A stretch of DNA of 60,396 nucleotides, the filler included, from Nitrospirae bacterium CG2_30_53_67 (GTDB lineage: Bacteria; CG2-30-53-67), in assembly GCA_001873285.1 (NCBI GenBank). It is 5 parts of 5 records of this genome, joined end to end, with 100 filler letters (N's around TTAATTAATTAA, not from the genome) between each part and the next. Parts side by side here need not be neighbours in the genome. Positions count along the whole stretch, not along the records: positions 30,352 to 50,773 come from MNYV01000128.1; positions 50,874 to 60,396 come from MNYV01000115.1; 3 more parts are not named here. One strand, given 5' to 3'. The position numbers and the translations under genes were made by a program. Numbering within the stretch: the stretch's first letter is position 1; the number at the start of each line of letters is the position of its first letter. The notes beneath the pieces were generated by a model. It was not told where the DNA came from. It did no database searches and saw only the letters and a list, made by a program, of their open reading frames with translations. Shown here piece by piece: positions 46,435 to 56,459 of this stretch.

Positions 46435-47624
46435 CGAACCGCCTCTCTTTCTATTATTGACCTTAATTTATCGGCAAGAGCCTTTCCAACGACCTGATGA
46501 CCCTGGTAATTCCAATGACCCCAATGCAAATGGACTTTTTTCTTTTCATAAGATTCTCTGAAAATTCTTTGCAGGCCGAGATAATCTATGTTGATGGAGG
46601 CCGCGAACTTCTTCAAATCATCCTCAAAGAAATTCGCATTAAATGACGCGTCCATATCTTTATTTTTTGCTTCCATCTCAGGCAGGTAAGCGGGCGTATC
46701 GATGGTGACCAGCATCAATCGGATGTTTCTTTCGTTACAATAATCCGCCATGGCCCGTATTAATCTTTTACTCAACTGATAATTCTCCAGGTAGGTTCTA
46801 TCAGCTTTGTCGGTACATAGACTCAAATAGCGTTCGATCTTTTCTGCCTGGCCTCGTTTTTGATCATGCTCTTTCTCTTTTTTCCTTATCAGACCTTGTG
46901 CCTGTAAAAGATTATACCTTTCTCCAATGAGGGTGATCAGCGCCGAATGATGCGTGAAGAAATTAATCCATTGTTTGATCCTGAATTCCCGCGTATCAAC
47001 AAAACTCGTATCGAGCATCAGTTCCCCATTGGGGGAGAGATGGTAAAAGGGACGCAATAATTCAAAGGTGGTCTCTCTGCTGATCTCTGTAAGATCATTC
47101 TCAGGCAGGAAAAACAGGATGACCCTATTCGGTGAAAATTGAGTGATCTGTTTTTTCAGGACAAGCAGTTCCTCGGTTTGAGTAAATCCGGACCGGCCGA
47201 AATTCATCAGTTCCAACCGGATGTTCTGATCCTTGTTGAATTCCTTTTCCGTCAAAGTGAGAAAGTTCCGATCCGTCTCCACCTGGAAGGATTCCACATA
47301 ACTATCTCCAAGGACGGCTATGCGGTAGACGCCGTCCGGCGGCCTTAAAGACCACTCCCGGTCCCGCCAGCCGAAACGGTTGATCCGTCCTGTTATTGGA
47401 TGATCATTCTCTTTATAAAACCAATAGCTTCGCCCGGGTGTAAACCGCCAGCCCAGTACAGGGTCCGGCTCGGAACAGGAGATCCTCGCATTGAACAGGT
47501 GCGTCATCCTGAATACAACCTCCGAGACTCCCAGAAAGATGAAAAAGGCAACAAGCACGAAAAATAAATTCTTCATCCGTCGCTTCCCCTTCGTGCGTTG
47601 CACAAGCTCGGAGTTATCTTTCAT
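46431..47624 (-). CDS. SGNH-fold (AlgX/AlgJ-like) acyl-esterase or transferase
   Basis: N-terminal TM; LGDSY, NFGRSG, END, GHWNYQGH; start may be 47576. Confidence 0.75.
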   Translation of the reverse strand: MKDNSELVQRTKGKRRMKNLFFVLVAFFIFLGVSEVVFRMTHLFNARISCSEPDPVLGWRFTPGRSYWFYKENDHPITGRINRFGWRDREWSLRPPDGVYRIAVLGDSYVESFQVETDRNFLTLTEKEFNKDQNIRLELMNFGRSGFTQTEELLVLKKQITQFSPNRVILFFLPENDLTEISRETTFELLRPFYHLSPNGELMLDTSFVDTREFRIKQWINFFTHHSALITLIGERYNLLQAQGLIRKKEKEHDQKRGQAEKIERYLSLCTDKADRTYLENYQLSKRLIRAMADYCNERNIRLMLVTIDTPAYLPEMEAKNKDMDASFNANFFEDDLKKFAASINIDYLGLQRIFRESYEKKKVHLHWGHWNYQGHQVVGKALADKLRSIIEREAVR

Positions 47625-47815
47625 ACGCTTTTCGGGTCACCATCCTGAAGAGGTCTCAGATCCGGATCCATGTAAACCGCTCATGCTGTCGAGTCTGAAG
47701 GATTATTTCTCGTAGTGTTTATCAAGAGGATAAAGGCGAAGATAATACTATTCTATCCTTAAATTACCAACAGGCATTAGCCATATTCGAACAAAAATAC
47801 ATGGCTCTGCTTCAG

Positions 47816-48514
47816 CTACCAAGGGTATAATTTCTGCAAACCGGTTACATACTTAGAGCTTCTGCTCAATCGAAAAGGAAAGTGAGCGGCAATCTTTTCG
47901 GCCTGACCATCCATATCGCGATGGTACTTCAGTTCAAGAATAACCTGTTGATCATCGGTCAGTCTATGTAAAAAAAGGTTGTGATGATGATTCACGGCAT
48001 AGAATGTTTGATCCGTATCCATCGTAATTCGGTAATTCCGATCCGCCGATTCAAAATATCTCCGCTTGTAGGAATTGACAAGCGTTGCGCATGAAGAACG
48101 CCATTGCAGCTTTCTGATTTCCGGGAGATCGGATCTCTCTATCACCTCTGCGACGGTCCGAGCGTTGAAAGAATCGTTTAGTTCAAAGGGAGGGAGGGGG
48201 AATGATTCTTTCCGCCCCAGAAAGCCATACTTTATCTTGAACTCCAAAACCGGATTTTTTACGATTCCGAAGAGCGCATCGTACCATCGGATACGAATCT
48301 TTATTCTTCGGCGCTTTCCATCAATATTGTCATGGTAATTGCTCATCTGGTTCGTGTCAAAGTAGATATTGTTGACATATCGCTGACGATATATTTCAGA
48401 GAACATGGCCGGATGGAATCTCACAAAGGACTCCACCTCATGCCTGGTCAGATGGGCAATAACAAACTTACGCTCGTAACGGCACTCCCCATGGTCCCTC
48501 GGCATTGTAGTCAT
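47816..48514 (-). CDS. VTC domain (polyphosphate polymerase-like) protein
   Basis: RYERKF, IYFDT, KIRIRWY, LEFKIK, YKRRYF, RITMD, ILELKY, SKY. Confidence 0.88.
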   Translation of the reverse strand: MTTMPRDHGECRYERKFVIAHLTRHEVESFVRFHPAMFSEIYRQRYVNNIYFDTNQMSNYHDNIDGKRRRIKIRIRWYDALFGIVKNPVLEFKIKYGFLGRKESFPLPPFELNDSFNARTVAEVIERSDLPEIRKLQWRSSCATLVNSYKRRYFESADRNYRITMDTDQTFYAVNHHHNLFLHRLTDDQQVILELKYHRDMDGQAEKIAAHFPFRLSRSSKYVTGLQKLYPW

Positions 48515-49689
48515 CCGGTTTTTCTCATCAGAATAAAGATGGTCAGTCCCAGGGGGATACAGGCCGCGATCACACCCAGCCAGAAGAATTTATTGTGAAA
48601 AACAAACACGATCTTTTTCAAACCAACTCGCATGAGATTCTTTTCCGTATCCATTCTCTGCGGTTTCACGGATTGAATATCAAGAAAGTGGGGTTTGACC
48701 TGAATCCCGTCCTCCCCCGCCACCACATGAAGAAAGGAGACACCGCTTCGACCCGAGCCGTTGACATAATAATGGACATCATCCCGTATCTCATAAAACA
48801 GAAAGTTCCACCGGTCCCCGCCATCGCCGGCGAAAACGTATTTCACCTTTTCCCTGAGATACGGATGAACTTCCTGCATCCAGCCGGAGGCCTCCATGTT
48901 GACATTGCCCGGTTGTATTTGGAGGCCGCCATACCAGAGAGGGTGGTGCAGGAACACAAAGCCGGTCTTTAATAAAGGAGAGCCAATTCCCCCTCTCAAC
49001 CATTGGATCTGCTTTTCATCAAGACCATACGTTTCCTTTTCTGCATCCGAAAGCACGGTATTGAGAAATATGAAATCATAGTCTCCAAATCTTTTGGCGT
49101 GAAACGGCTCCCCGACCCGGTGACTGAATACGTCACGTGTTATTTCCCGATATCCCGGTATATAGCTGCTGATGTCGTGATTGCCCGGCGCTATCCAGAC
49201 AGGAATGTTAAGGCGTTCAAAGACCGAGTATACGTAATCCCACTGGGCATTCAGAGACTCCCGCAGGGCCTCATTGTCTTCAAACATTTCCGGCTTCCAT
49301 TCCCGGACATTCCATGAACCCTTTATAATATCACCCGTCAATATCAGGATGTCGGGAGAACAGTTCCTAATCTCATTCAGCATCCGATCCATGTCCGACG
49401 GGGCTCCGCCGAATAACAAGGGATAGATGTGGGAGAGAACGACAAAGGAGACCCCCCTCCTCAAAGAACTCTGCTCGTTATCAACTGTGTCGCTTTCTTT
49501 CGGAAGATTCAGGCCCTGCCGTGAGATGCGCTTTAAGGCAAACCCATGGTCCGGCGCTTGAACACCTTTCGCAGGTCCAGGCAGCAAAGACAGGAGAAAT
49601 AACAAGACGAGCCAAGCCTTACCTATTCGAAGCACCGTCTTCCTCCCCGTAAAGAATACGCTTAACGTCTTGTTGATTTGTTTCCACAT
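48511..49689 (-). CDS. Membrane-anchored calcineurin-like metallophosphoesterase
   Basis: ILTGD, PGNHD, HHPL; signal-like N-terminus and C-terminal TM; true start probably downstream of 49689. Confidence 0.82.
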   Translation of the reverse strand: MWKQINKTLSVFFTGRKTVLRIGKAWLVLLFLLSLLPGPAKGVQAPDHGFALKRISRQGLNLPKESDTVDNEQSSLRRGVSFVVLSHIYPLLFGGAPSDMDRMLNEIRNCSPDILILTGDIIKGSWNVREWKPEMFEDNEALRESLNAQWDYVYSVFERLNIPVWIAPGNHDISSYIPGYREITRDVFSHRVGEPFHAKRFGDYDFIFLNTVLSDAEKETYGLDEKQIQWLRGGIGSPLLKTGFVFLHHPLWYGGLQIQPGNVNMEASGWMQEVHPYLREKVKYVFAGDGGDRWNFLFYEIRDDVHYYVNGSGRSGVSFLHVVAGEDGIQVKPHFLDIQSVKPQRMDTEKNLMRVGLKKIVFVFHNKFFWLGVIAACIPLGLTIFILMRKTG

Positions 49690-50773
49690 TGCTGCCGTCC
49701 ACGGTCAGACGGGATCCCTCTTCGATCAAATAAGGGGTCTCAACGTTATTCATCTGAAGATGTGACGCTGCAATAGTCGCTTCGCCGAACTCAGGCTTTT
49801 TCCGATAAGCGGCTAATCCGATCTTTGCTTCCTTGATCTCAATCCCTTCGATCGTCAACTCGGACATATCTTTACTGACAACGGCAATCTTTGATTTCGC
49901 TATTCTGATCTGATGAGCCGTCATCTGACTATTCTCACCGACACTCAACCCTTTGTCACCCGTGCCGTTGATGGCAATTTGATTTAACGTCACATTGGTT
50001 CCGGATACATCAACGGCATCATTCCCGCAATGGATAAAAGACGATTCGATAATTTGCCCCTTGCTGAAATCTGAATCAAAGGCATCGGATGTAGTTTCAC
50101 TGAAAAGCGTATGCGAGATATTAAAATCGGAGCGAACGATATTCAAGGCATCCTCTGACCGATTACGCGTGAATTGACAATGGGTTATCTTCACGGGGGA
50201 TTCATAGAATGTGACGGCCCCGGTCAAATTCCATCCTCCCTCTGATGGGTTGGACAAATGATCAAAATAGACATAGTCCAGTACGGACCTTTCTCCGCTC
50301 GCAAGGACAGCCATGCCTTGACCGGATGCATCAGAGGAATAGAAACGGACAGGGTTCTCCTCGGACCCAATGAATGTCACCGGCGAAAAGGTGATAATCT
50401 TAGCAGCCTTCTTCAAATTCACTTGTACCCCGCCTTCTGCCACGAGTCTGTAACCTTTTGGAATGATCAGATCCTGTTCCAGACTCCATTGGCCGGATCT
50501 GAAATAGATTTTCTTGGTCTTTTCATCGACCATCAGCATATCACTCTCATTAACATGGGGAGCACGCCTGAAGACGTCCTTGGCTATAAGGGTATCGTTC
50601 AGATAGGGCCAGGGGAAGACCGTTTCAGTCCTTAATCGATCCGTTCCCAAGAGCCTGTATTGGACGCTCAGACCACGGGCCATTGAATCAGACCAGGGGA
50701 GGCCCACAGGCAGTGGAACATCTAACTTTTGATAATGGACGGGATGGGAATAATTTTTTGGAGGCAAGAGGAC
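49619..50773 (-). CDS. Beta-helix C-terminal part of a probable CotH-family protein, 5' truncated
   Basis: SEDALN, SDAFDSDFS, GNDAVDVSG and GDKGLSVGE repeats; next to a VTC gene; kinase domain not in the window. Confidence 0.6.
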   Translation of the reverse strand, partial: VLLPPKNYSHPVHYQKLDVPLPVGLPWSDSMARGLSVQYRLLGTDRLRTETVFPWPYLNDTLIAKDVFRRAPHVNESDMLMVDEKTKKIYFRSGQWSLEQDLIIPKGYRLVAEGGVQVNLKKAAKIITFSPVTFIGSEENPVRFYSSDASGQGMAVLASGERSVLDYVYFDHLSNPSEGGWNLTGAVTFYESPVKITHCQFTRNRSEDALNIVRSDFNISHTLFSETTSDAFDSDFSKGQIIESSFIHCGNDAVDVSGTNVTLNQIAINGTGDKGLSVGENSQMTAHQIRIAKSKIAVVSKDMSELTIEGIEIKEAKIGLAAYRKKPEFGEATIAASHLQMNNVETPYLIEEGSRLTVDGSNVETNQQDVKRILYGEEDGASNR

Positions 50774-50873
50774 NNNNNNNNNNNNNNNNNNNNNNNNNNN
50801 NNNNNNNNNNNNNNNNNTTAATTAATTAANNNNNNNNNNNNNNNNNNNNNNNNNNNNNNNNNNNNNNNNNNNN
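50774..50873. other. Artificial contig spacer
   Basis: N-run with TTAATTAATTAA. Confidence 0.97.
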
Positions 50874-50874
50874 C

Positions 50875-51015
50875 TCCGAAGTGGACGAAGCCGCCTGGTC
50901 CATGCTCTACTCAACTATCAGCCGGCCCTTCGACCCGCCCGCGACCGGAAAGCTCGCCGTGAAGGTCATCAACCACTATGGGGATGAAGTGCTGAAGGTC
51001 TATGAGGTGAAGTGA
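50875..51015 (+). CDS. C-terminus of a site-specific DNA methyltransferase (type III Mod-like)
   Basis: EVDEAAWSMLYSTISRPFDPPATGKLAVKVINHYGDEVLKVYEVK*; not in the ORF track. Confidence 0.75.
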   Translation, partial: SEVDEAAWSMLYSTISRPFDPPATGKLAVKVINHYGDEVLKVYEVK

Positions 51016-51659
51016 TGTCGGCAAAACGCACTATAAACGATACTGAAGAGCTGGCTGCCCGTATTTTGGACTTTTTTGAAAAGAAGAATATTGACGTGGC
51101 CGTTCGGCGTGACCGTTATGGCGTATCGATCATTGAGCGAACGGGTGGACACCCTGTCGCAAGATTCAAGATATGCGGAAAGGACCGCGTCGAAGTTCTG
51201 TGGTGGAAATCCACGAAATGGGATAAGATCGGCGATTTTGGCGGGATGCGCATGTCCGTCAGCGAAGCGGTCAAGTATGTTCATGAAGACCCCATGCGTT
51301 GCTTCTGGCCTGAGCGACGAGTCAAGGCCGTGGCCGATGCATTGGCAGTCTTGCTGGGGCTGTCACCCCCAGACGATAAGAAGACCGTAATTGCTCCGGA
51401 TACGAAACTACCCGTGCAATTGACGCTCAGAGAGCGGGACCTGATCAGGGATAAGACGTTTTGCGATCCCAATTTTGCGCGACTCGCGCCGGTGAAAAAT
51501 GGGTTGATAACAGTCCCGATGACGCTCGGCGACATCGAGGAAGTGCAGGGATACGTCGCTGCTGAGGCAAATCATACGAAAGATAAAAAGGTTGAGAAGG
51601 AGTTGAACCGATTGTTTTTCAAACTGCAAACCTATCTGGATGAATATGAAGAGGAATGA
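51012..51659 (+). CDS. Hypothetical protein
   Basis: 215-aa ORF overlapping the Mod stop (GTGATG). Confidence 0.7.
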   Translation: MMSAKRTINDTEELAARILDFFEKKNIDVAVRRDRYGVSIIERTGGHPVARFKICGKDRVEVLWWKSTKWDKIGDFGGMRMSVSEAVKYVHEDPMRCFWPERRVKAVADALAVLLGLSPPDDKKTVIAPDTKLPVQLTLRERDLIRDKTFCDPNFARLAPVKNGLITVPMTLGDIEEVQGYVAAEANHTKDKKVEKELNRLFFKLQTYLDEYEEE

Positions 51660-51665
51660 AGCCCC

Positions 51666-51800
51666 ATGACCTTACGCGGACTGTCGCAGGATTTCGACGA
51701 ATGGCCGGAACGATGGATGGGTACGAAGGAAGACCGTGAATACGGGAAGAAGCTGCTCCCTTTCATGGAGGAGTTTCTGAGGGAGACAAAGACGTTATGA
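51666..51800 (+). CDS. Small hypothetical protein (44 aa), possibly a remnant
   Basis: GAGGA RBS; MTLRGLSQDFDEWPERWMGTKEDREYGKKLLPFMEEFLRETKTL; ATGA coupling to the next gene; duplicated at 56304. Confidence 0.55.
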   Translation: MTLRGLSQDFDEWPERWMGTKEDREYGKKLLPFMEEFLRETKTL

Positions 51801-51846
51801 GCATAAATCGCAACGATCTGGTCATTCAAATGCAGAAAGCATCTGC
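51669..51846 (+). repeat. 178-bp direct repeat, left copy
   Basis: Aligns without gaps to 56328-56505; about 10 mismatches by eye. Confidence 0.92.
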
Positions 51847-52171
51847 GATATTGTTGGAGGAGAAGGGCTATGCCAGCTTCGTGGATGTCCTCATGCGCAT
51901 GGGGCGATTGACGAAGGAAGATCACGACGCCTGGAGGTTCGGCAGAACGTCTTGTCTTGAGCGCGTTACTACGGTGAATTTGGCGAAGATCAATCATTTG
52001 CTTAGGGCATTTCAGCAGCGCGCTCGAGCCAGCGGTCTGCGCCCGAGTAAAACAGTGTACCTTTCGTGGGGCAAGGGGCAGAAAAGGCAACTCCGGTTTT
52101 CAAAGTCGGGAACGCCGAATATCGAGGAGGCCTATGCCACGCACTTCCTGAAGCCGGAAGAGGGTGAGTGA
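51797..52171 (+). CDS. Hypothetical basic protein
   Basis: 124-aa ORF in an operon; LRFSKSG.PNIEEAYATHF. Confidence 0.75.
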   Translation: MSINRNDLVIQMQKASAILLEEKGYASFVDVLMRMGRLTKEDHDAWRFGRTSCLERVTTVNLAKINHLLRAFQQRARASGLRPSKTVYLSWGKGQKRQLRFSKSGTPNIEEAYATHFLKPEEGE

Positions 52172-52572
52172 TGGGTTTGGTGAAGAGCAAACGGCCGGCG
52201 AAAAAGGGAAAAAAGAAAGAACCGGCACGCGAACAGCGCATCTCCATGGAGATCGTCGTTGACGCCTATGATGCCTGGGAGCAGGCTATGGGCTGGTACT
52301 ACTATTTAGAGGACAACTTGAAATTCCCTTTCCCGGCAACGTGCGTCAAGAAGAGAGATATTTCTCCACTCAAGCTCAAGGAAAATGTGGAGATCGTGGG
52401 TATGCCGCCTATAGATGAGTGCGAACGGGAGATGTTCGTTTCCATAACGTGGGAAGGCCGTCGATTCGCCGTTCCCTTGGATCAACTGCAGTGTGAGTGC
52501 CGCGACAAAAAAACCAAACAGGCCATCGAAGACCGGCATTACTGGGTAAAGCAGGGCTATCAGTTTGGATGA
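52168..52572 (+). CDS. CcbP-like (calcium-binding protein family) protein
   Basis: REQRISMEIVVDAY..EQAMGWYYYLEDNLKFPF...YWVKQGYQF resembles cyanobacterial CcbP. Confidence 0.8.
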   Translation: MMGLVKSKRPAKKGKKKEPAREQRISMEIVVDAYDAWEQAMGWYYYLEDNLKFPFPATCVKKRDISPLKLKENVEIVGMPPIDECEREMFVSITWEGRRFAVPLDQLQCECRDKKTKQAIEDRHYWVKQGYQFG

Positions 52573-52611
52573 GTCCGGACATGATCTCACGATTGAGGCG
52601 ACGGTATATTC

Positions 52612-53031
52612 ATGGCGGACATAAAAGCGGCACGAATACGCATCGCAAAGGTCTTCGGGACAGAGGAAGCGCCTGAAGTAAACAGGAAGAGCCTGCTGAT
52701 ATATCGCGCCTATTTGCTACAACGCCTGGATCAAACAGCGGTCATAACCGGGCGTGAGGACTTTCTGTGGGAAGAGTTTTATGTATTCGGTCCCGGCGAG
52801 AAAGACAAATATGAGAAGCTGAAAAAGAAACGGGCTTCGTATACTGATGAATTCGAACTGATCGACATCCTGGGAAAGATCGTGGAAGAACGCGATTTGA
52901 TCGCGAGGGTGAAACGCTTATCAGACGGAAAAACATTCGATATCGGCCTGTCGTGGTTGACGGCGAAGGAGAAAAAGACGGGTACCTATCAGTTGTTTGA
53001 CGATTTTGCGACATGGGTGGTCAACTGGTAA
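52612..53031 (+). CDS. Hypothetical protein, possibly distantly CcbP-related
   Basis: TGREDFLWEEFYVFGPG; C-terminal DDFATWVVNW. Confidence 0.65.
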   Translation: MADIKAARIRIAKVFGTEEAPEVNRKSLLIYRAYLLQRLDQTAVITGREDFLWEEFYVFGPGEKDKYEKLKKKRASYTDEFELIDILGKIVEERDLIARVKRLSDGKTFDIGLSWLTAKEKKTGTYQLFDDFATWVVNW

Positions 53032-53043
53032 AGAGGGAACAAT

Positions 53044-53562
53044 ATGATAAGTGATGACTATGGTGAACGCAGAAAGAAATTGAAGGTTAACATCCCGGAA
53101 CTTGCCTCAGAAATGGATCTCGGAAATAATCCTGAGCTTACCGCTTATCTCGACACCGAGACCGGCGAGATCATCAGCATGCCCGATAACGTGATGCGGG
53201 CTGCCGAGGAAGGCGGCGATGCGGTCGCTGACCTCGCCGACTGGGAGCAGGAACTCCTCCAAGCAGCGGAAAGCATCTTCGGCGACGACAAGAACCGGTT
53301 TCTTGAGATACCACGCCGGGAGTCATATGAGGGGTACAATCTCATGGTTGCCTTCGCCGAAACCGTCCGCAGCAAAGGGCTCAGGGAAAAGCTCGACATC
53401 GCCCTTGATGGGAAAGGCGCGTTCCAAAGGTTCAGAAACGTATTGAATGATCATCCGGATGAACTGGCCCGTTGGTATGCGTACAAAGAGGAATGCATGC
53501 GGGAAGAGGCAGTCCAGTGGCTTATCGTGAACGGAATTGAGCCGGTACAGCGGAAACAATAA
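53044..53562 (+). CDS. UPF0158 family protein
   Basis: YLDTETGEI, YNLMVAF, ALDGKGAFQRFRNVL, RWYAYK. Confidence 0.85.
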   Translation: MISDDYGERRKKLKVNIPELASEMDLGNNPELTAYLDTETGEIISMPDNVMRAAEEGGDAVADLADWEQELLQAAESIFGDDKNRFLEIPRRESYEGYNLMVAFAETVRSKGLREKLDIALDGKGAFQRFRNVLNDHPDELARWYAYKEECMREEAVQWLIVNGIEPVQRKQ

Positions 53563-53713
53563 GGACGGTGAGTGTAAGGCAAGTGTGCCCGGCGCCCATT
53601 AGAGTCGCCGTCTCTAACGGGGCAGGCCTTGAATTTTTCAAGAATTTATTGAAGAAGAGGCTCCTTAATGGTATGTTGCCTTCAATGGTCATCAAGTAAT
53701 CATAGAAGGGAGG

Positions 53714-56245
53714 ATGGTTAGGATGGAGCCCATATTAGATCCGGAACCAGGCGGCAAGAAGAGAAGCGTGAGAAGTTCAAAAAATCGAAAAAGCAGGCCG
53801 ATCAAATTGAAGATATCGAAGACGCAAAAACCGGATGATCTTGGTCTTGAGGAATGGCAGAGGGCGCTGAGAAAACAATATGGTGAGCAGCAGAAGTTTA
53901 CGCTCGAAAACCGAGGAGATCATCCCTTGTTCTCGGAATTTCAACTGACCAATCCCGAATCGGGGAAGACCTATAAGATCGCCATTCGAGGAGATGCTCC
54001 GGGCATCAATTTCTGCTCCTGCCCCGATTACAAGGTGAATAATCTTGGGACGTGCAAGCATATCGAGTTCACCCTGTCCAAACTCACGAAAAAAAGAGGG
54101 GCAAAGAAGGCGTTCAAAGAGGTCTATACGCCCCCCTACTCCGAGGTCTATTTGAGCTATGGGCTCAAGAGGGAGGTCCGGTTCAAGGCAGGGAGCAATG
54201 CGCCGGCGGAGCTGCTTTCTCTGGCGGAGACTTTTTTTGATTCCGAGGGAACTCTCAAAGAGGAACAGATCCTTGATTTTCACCGGTTTCTCAATGGGAC
54301 CCCGAAAAACAACGGGCATGAAGTCCGATGCTATGATGATGTCATGGCCTATGTCGCTGAACACCAGGATGCCGAACACCGGAGAAGAGTGATTAAGGCG
54401 CAACTAAAAGAAGGGATCCGGAGCCCGATTCTCAAAAATATTCTGAAGACCGAACTGTACTCGTACCAGCGGGAAGGGGCATTGTTCGCAGTCCAGGCCG
54501 GGCGGTGCCTGATCGGTGATGACATGGGATTGGGAAAGACCATTCAGGCCCTGGCGGCCGCCGAGTTGATGGCTGAATTATTTCATATCCAGAAGGTTTT
54601 GATTATTTCTCCGACCTCTCTGAAGCACCAGTGGAAAATGGAGATAGGAAAATTCAGCGGCCGGAAGGTTGAGGTGATTGAGGGGATGAACCACCAAAGG
54701 AAACAGGTCTACCTCAATGACTCTTTCTACAAGATCCTCAATTATGAACTGGTTTATCGCGATATGGAGAAGATCAGGGAGTGGGCCCCGGACCTGATCA
54801 TCCTCGACGAGGCGCAGCGGATCAAGAATTGGAAGACCCGGACCGCGAAGTGCGTCAAACAGTTGGACTCCACCTTCGCCATGGTGTTGACCGGAACACC
54901 CATAGAAAACAGGATCGAAGAACTGCACTCGATCATGGAATTTATCGACCGTTGGCGCCTTGGCCCATTATACCGTTTTATACATGCCCACAGAATCACG
55001 GACCCGGGCGGGAAGGTGATCGGATACCGGGACCTGCAATCGGTCAGGGAGTCCTTGAAGAACGTCATGGTCCGGAGAAAAAAACAAGAAGTGCTTAAAG
55101 AGCTTCCTGAGCGGATCCAAAAGAATTTCTTTGTGAAGATGACAAAAGAACAAAGTGTGATCCATGATGATCATTACGAGATTGTGGTAAAACTGGTCGC
55201 CAAATGGAGGCGCTACAAGTTTCTGTGCGAGGCGGATCATAGGCGTCTGCTGATCGCTTTGAACACGATGCGAATGGCTGCAGACAATACCTATCTGGTC
55301 GACAAAAAAACGATCCATGGCCCCAAGATCGAGGAGCTGGAACTCCTCCTCAAAGAGATTGTCATCGAAGGCGGAGAAAAGGTCGTGATCTTCAGCCAGT
55401 GGCTTCGGATGACGGAATTAGTGGAACGGGTTCTTGAAAGGAACGGGATCGCGTATGCGCATCTGAACGGGAGCATCCCTTCAAAACAGAGAGCGGGCTT
55501 AATCTCGAGATTCAGGGAAGATCCCGGGTGCAAGGTCTTTTTGTCCACAGATGCGGGCGGGGTCGGATTGAACCTGCAAAGCGGATCGGTTGTGATGAAC
55601 ATGGATATCCCCTGGAACCCGGCGATTCTTGAACAGCGGATCGGACGTGTGCATCGGCTTGGACAGCACAAGACCGTTCGGATCATCAACTTTGTCACGG
55701 CCTCTTCTATCGAGGAGAGAATCCTGGATCTCCTTAAATTCAAGACATCATTGTTTGCGGGCGCGCTCGATCACGACGGGGAAGATGTGGTCATGGCCGG
55801 CGAGTCCCGTCTCAAAGAATTCATGAAGTCCATGGAAACCATAACCGAGGGCTTGGAAAAATCGGATCCGGAACAAGAAAGGGAGGAGCAGAGAGAAGCC
55901 GAAGAGGATCACAAGGCAGCCACGATCCAGGAACAAGCCGCCGGCAACGGAGAGGGCGCCATCCGAAAAGGGGGAGGGAGCGGAAAAGAACAAGACCCCC
56001 TGAACACTCTTCTTGTGAGCGGGGCTCAATTTCTCATGCACTTAAGCAAAACAATCTCGCCGCCGAGTCAAGGTGAGGCGCAGCCCATGGAGAAACGCCT
56101 ATATTCCATGATCGGCAGAGATGCCGAAACAGGCGATGCCTATTTAAAGATACCACTCCCGGAACCGGAGGTATTAGGAAATATTTTTTCCGCTCTTGGC
56201 AAGCTTGTCTCCAATACCATGGCTGCTCAAAAAGGAGGTTCATAG
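53714..56245 (+). CDS. SWIM zinc finger plus SNF2-family helicase
   Basis: CSCPD..TCKH; DDMGLGKT, DEAQRIKN, LTGTPIEN, STDAGGVGLNLQ, QRIGRVHRLGQ. Confidence 0.93.
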   Translation: MVRMEPILDPEPGGKKRSVRSSKNRKSRPIKLKISKTQKPDDLGLEEWQRALRKQYGEQQKFTLENRGDHPLFSEFQLTNPESGKTYKIAIRGDAPGINFCSCPDYKVNNLGTCKHIEFTLSKLTKKRGAKKAFKEVYTPPYSEVYLSYGLKREVRFKAGSNAPAELLSLAETFFDSEGTLKEEQILDFHRFLNGTPKNNGHEVRCYDDVMAYVAEHQDAEHRRRVIKAQLKEGIRSPILKNILKTELYSYQREGALFAVQAGRCLIGDDMGLGKTIQALAAAELMAELFHIQKVLIISPTSLKHQWKMEIGKFSGRKVEVIEGMNHQRKQVYLNDSFYKILNYELVYRDMEKIREWAPDLIILDEAQRIKNWKTRTAKCVKQLDSTFAMVLTGTPIENRIEELHSIMEFIDRWRLGPLYRFIHAHRITDPGGKVIGYRDLQSVRESLKNVMVRRKKQEVLKELPERIQKNFFVKMTKEQSVIHDDHYEIVVKLVAKWRRYKFLCEADHRRLLIALNTMRMAADNTYLVDKKTIHGPKIEELELLLKEIVIEGGEKVVIFSQWLRMTELVERVLERNGIAYAHLNGSIPSKQRAGLISRFREDPGCKVFLSTDAGGVGLNLQSGSVVMNMDIPWNPAILEQRIGRVHRLGQHKTVRIINFVTASSIEERILDLLKFKTSLFAGALDHDGEDVVMAGESRLKEFMKSMETITEGLEKSDPEQEREEQREAEEDHKAATIQEQAAGNGEGAIRKGGGSGKEQDPLNTLLVSGAQFLMHLSKTISPPSQGEAQPMEKRLYSMIGRDAETGDAYLKIPLPEPEVLGNIFSALGKLVSNTMAAQKGGS

Positions 56246-56303
56246 CGATGATCCCTTTTGCGCAGGAATATTGCGGTGATGCTGCGCCGGGAGAGCATAA
56301 GAC

Positions 56304-56459
56304 ATGAAGGGAAATGTAGGTATACTCACCTTACGCGAACTGTCGCCGGACTTCGACGAATGGCCGGGACGATGGATGGGTACGAAGGAAGACCGTGAAT
56401 ACGGGAAGAAGCTGCTTCCTTTCATGGAGAAGTTTCTGCGGGAGACAAAGACGTCATGA
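56304..56459 (+). CDS. Small hypothetical protein, second copy of the 51666 ORF
   Basis: MKGNVGILTLRELSPDFDEWPGRWMGTKEDREYGKKLLPF...; followed by a truncated MSINRNDLVIQMRKASA. Confidence 0.45.
   Translation: MKGNVGILTLRELSPDFDEWPGRWMGTKEDREYGKKLLPFMEKFLRETKTS

Noticed and set aside
30352..50773. Fourth contig is twice as long as its neighbours, suggesting a hidden junction
   Set aside because: Genes form a continuous same-strand, functionally coherent cluster and I found no breakpoint.
10188..50873. Recurring TTAATTAATTAA inside N-runs as a biological repeat
   Set aside because: Four identical 100-bp spacers with stops in all frames are a contig-joining artefact; no linkage was inferred across them.
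53585..53630. Short hairpin CCCATTAGAG...CTCTAACGGG upstream of the helicase
   Set aside because: Single short imperfect palindrome; it cannot be assigned as terminator, operator or repeat from this window.
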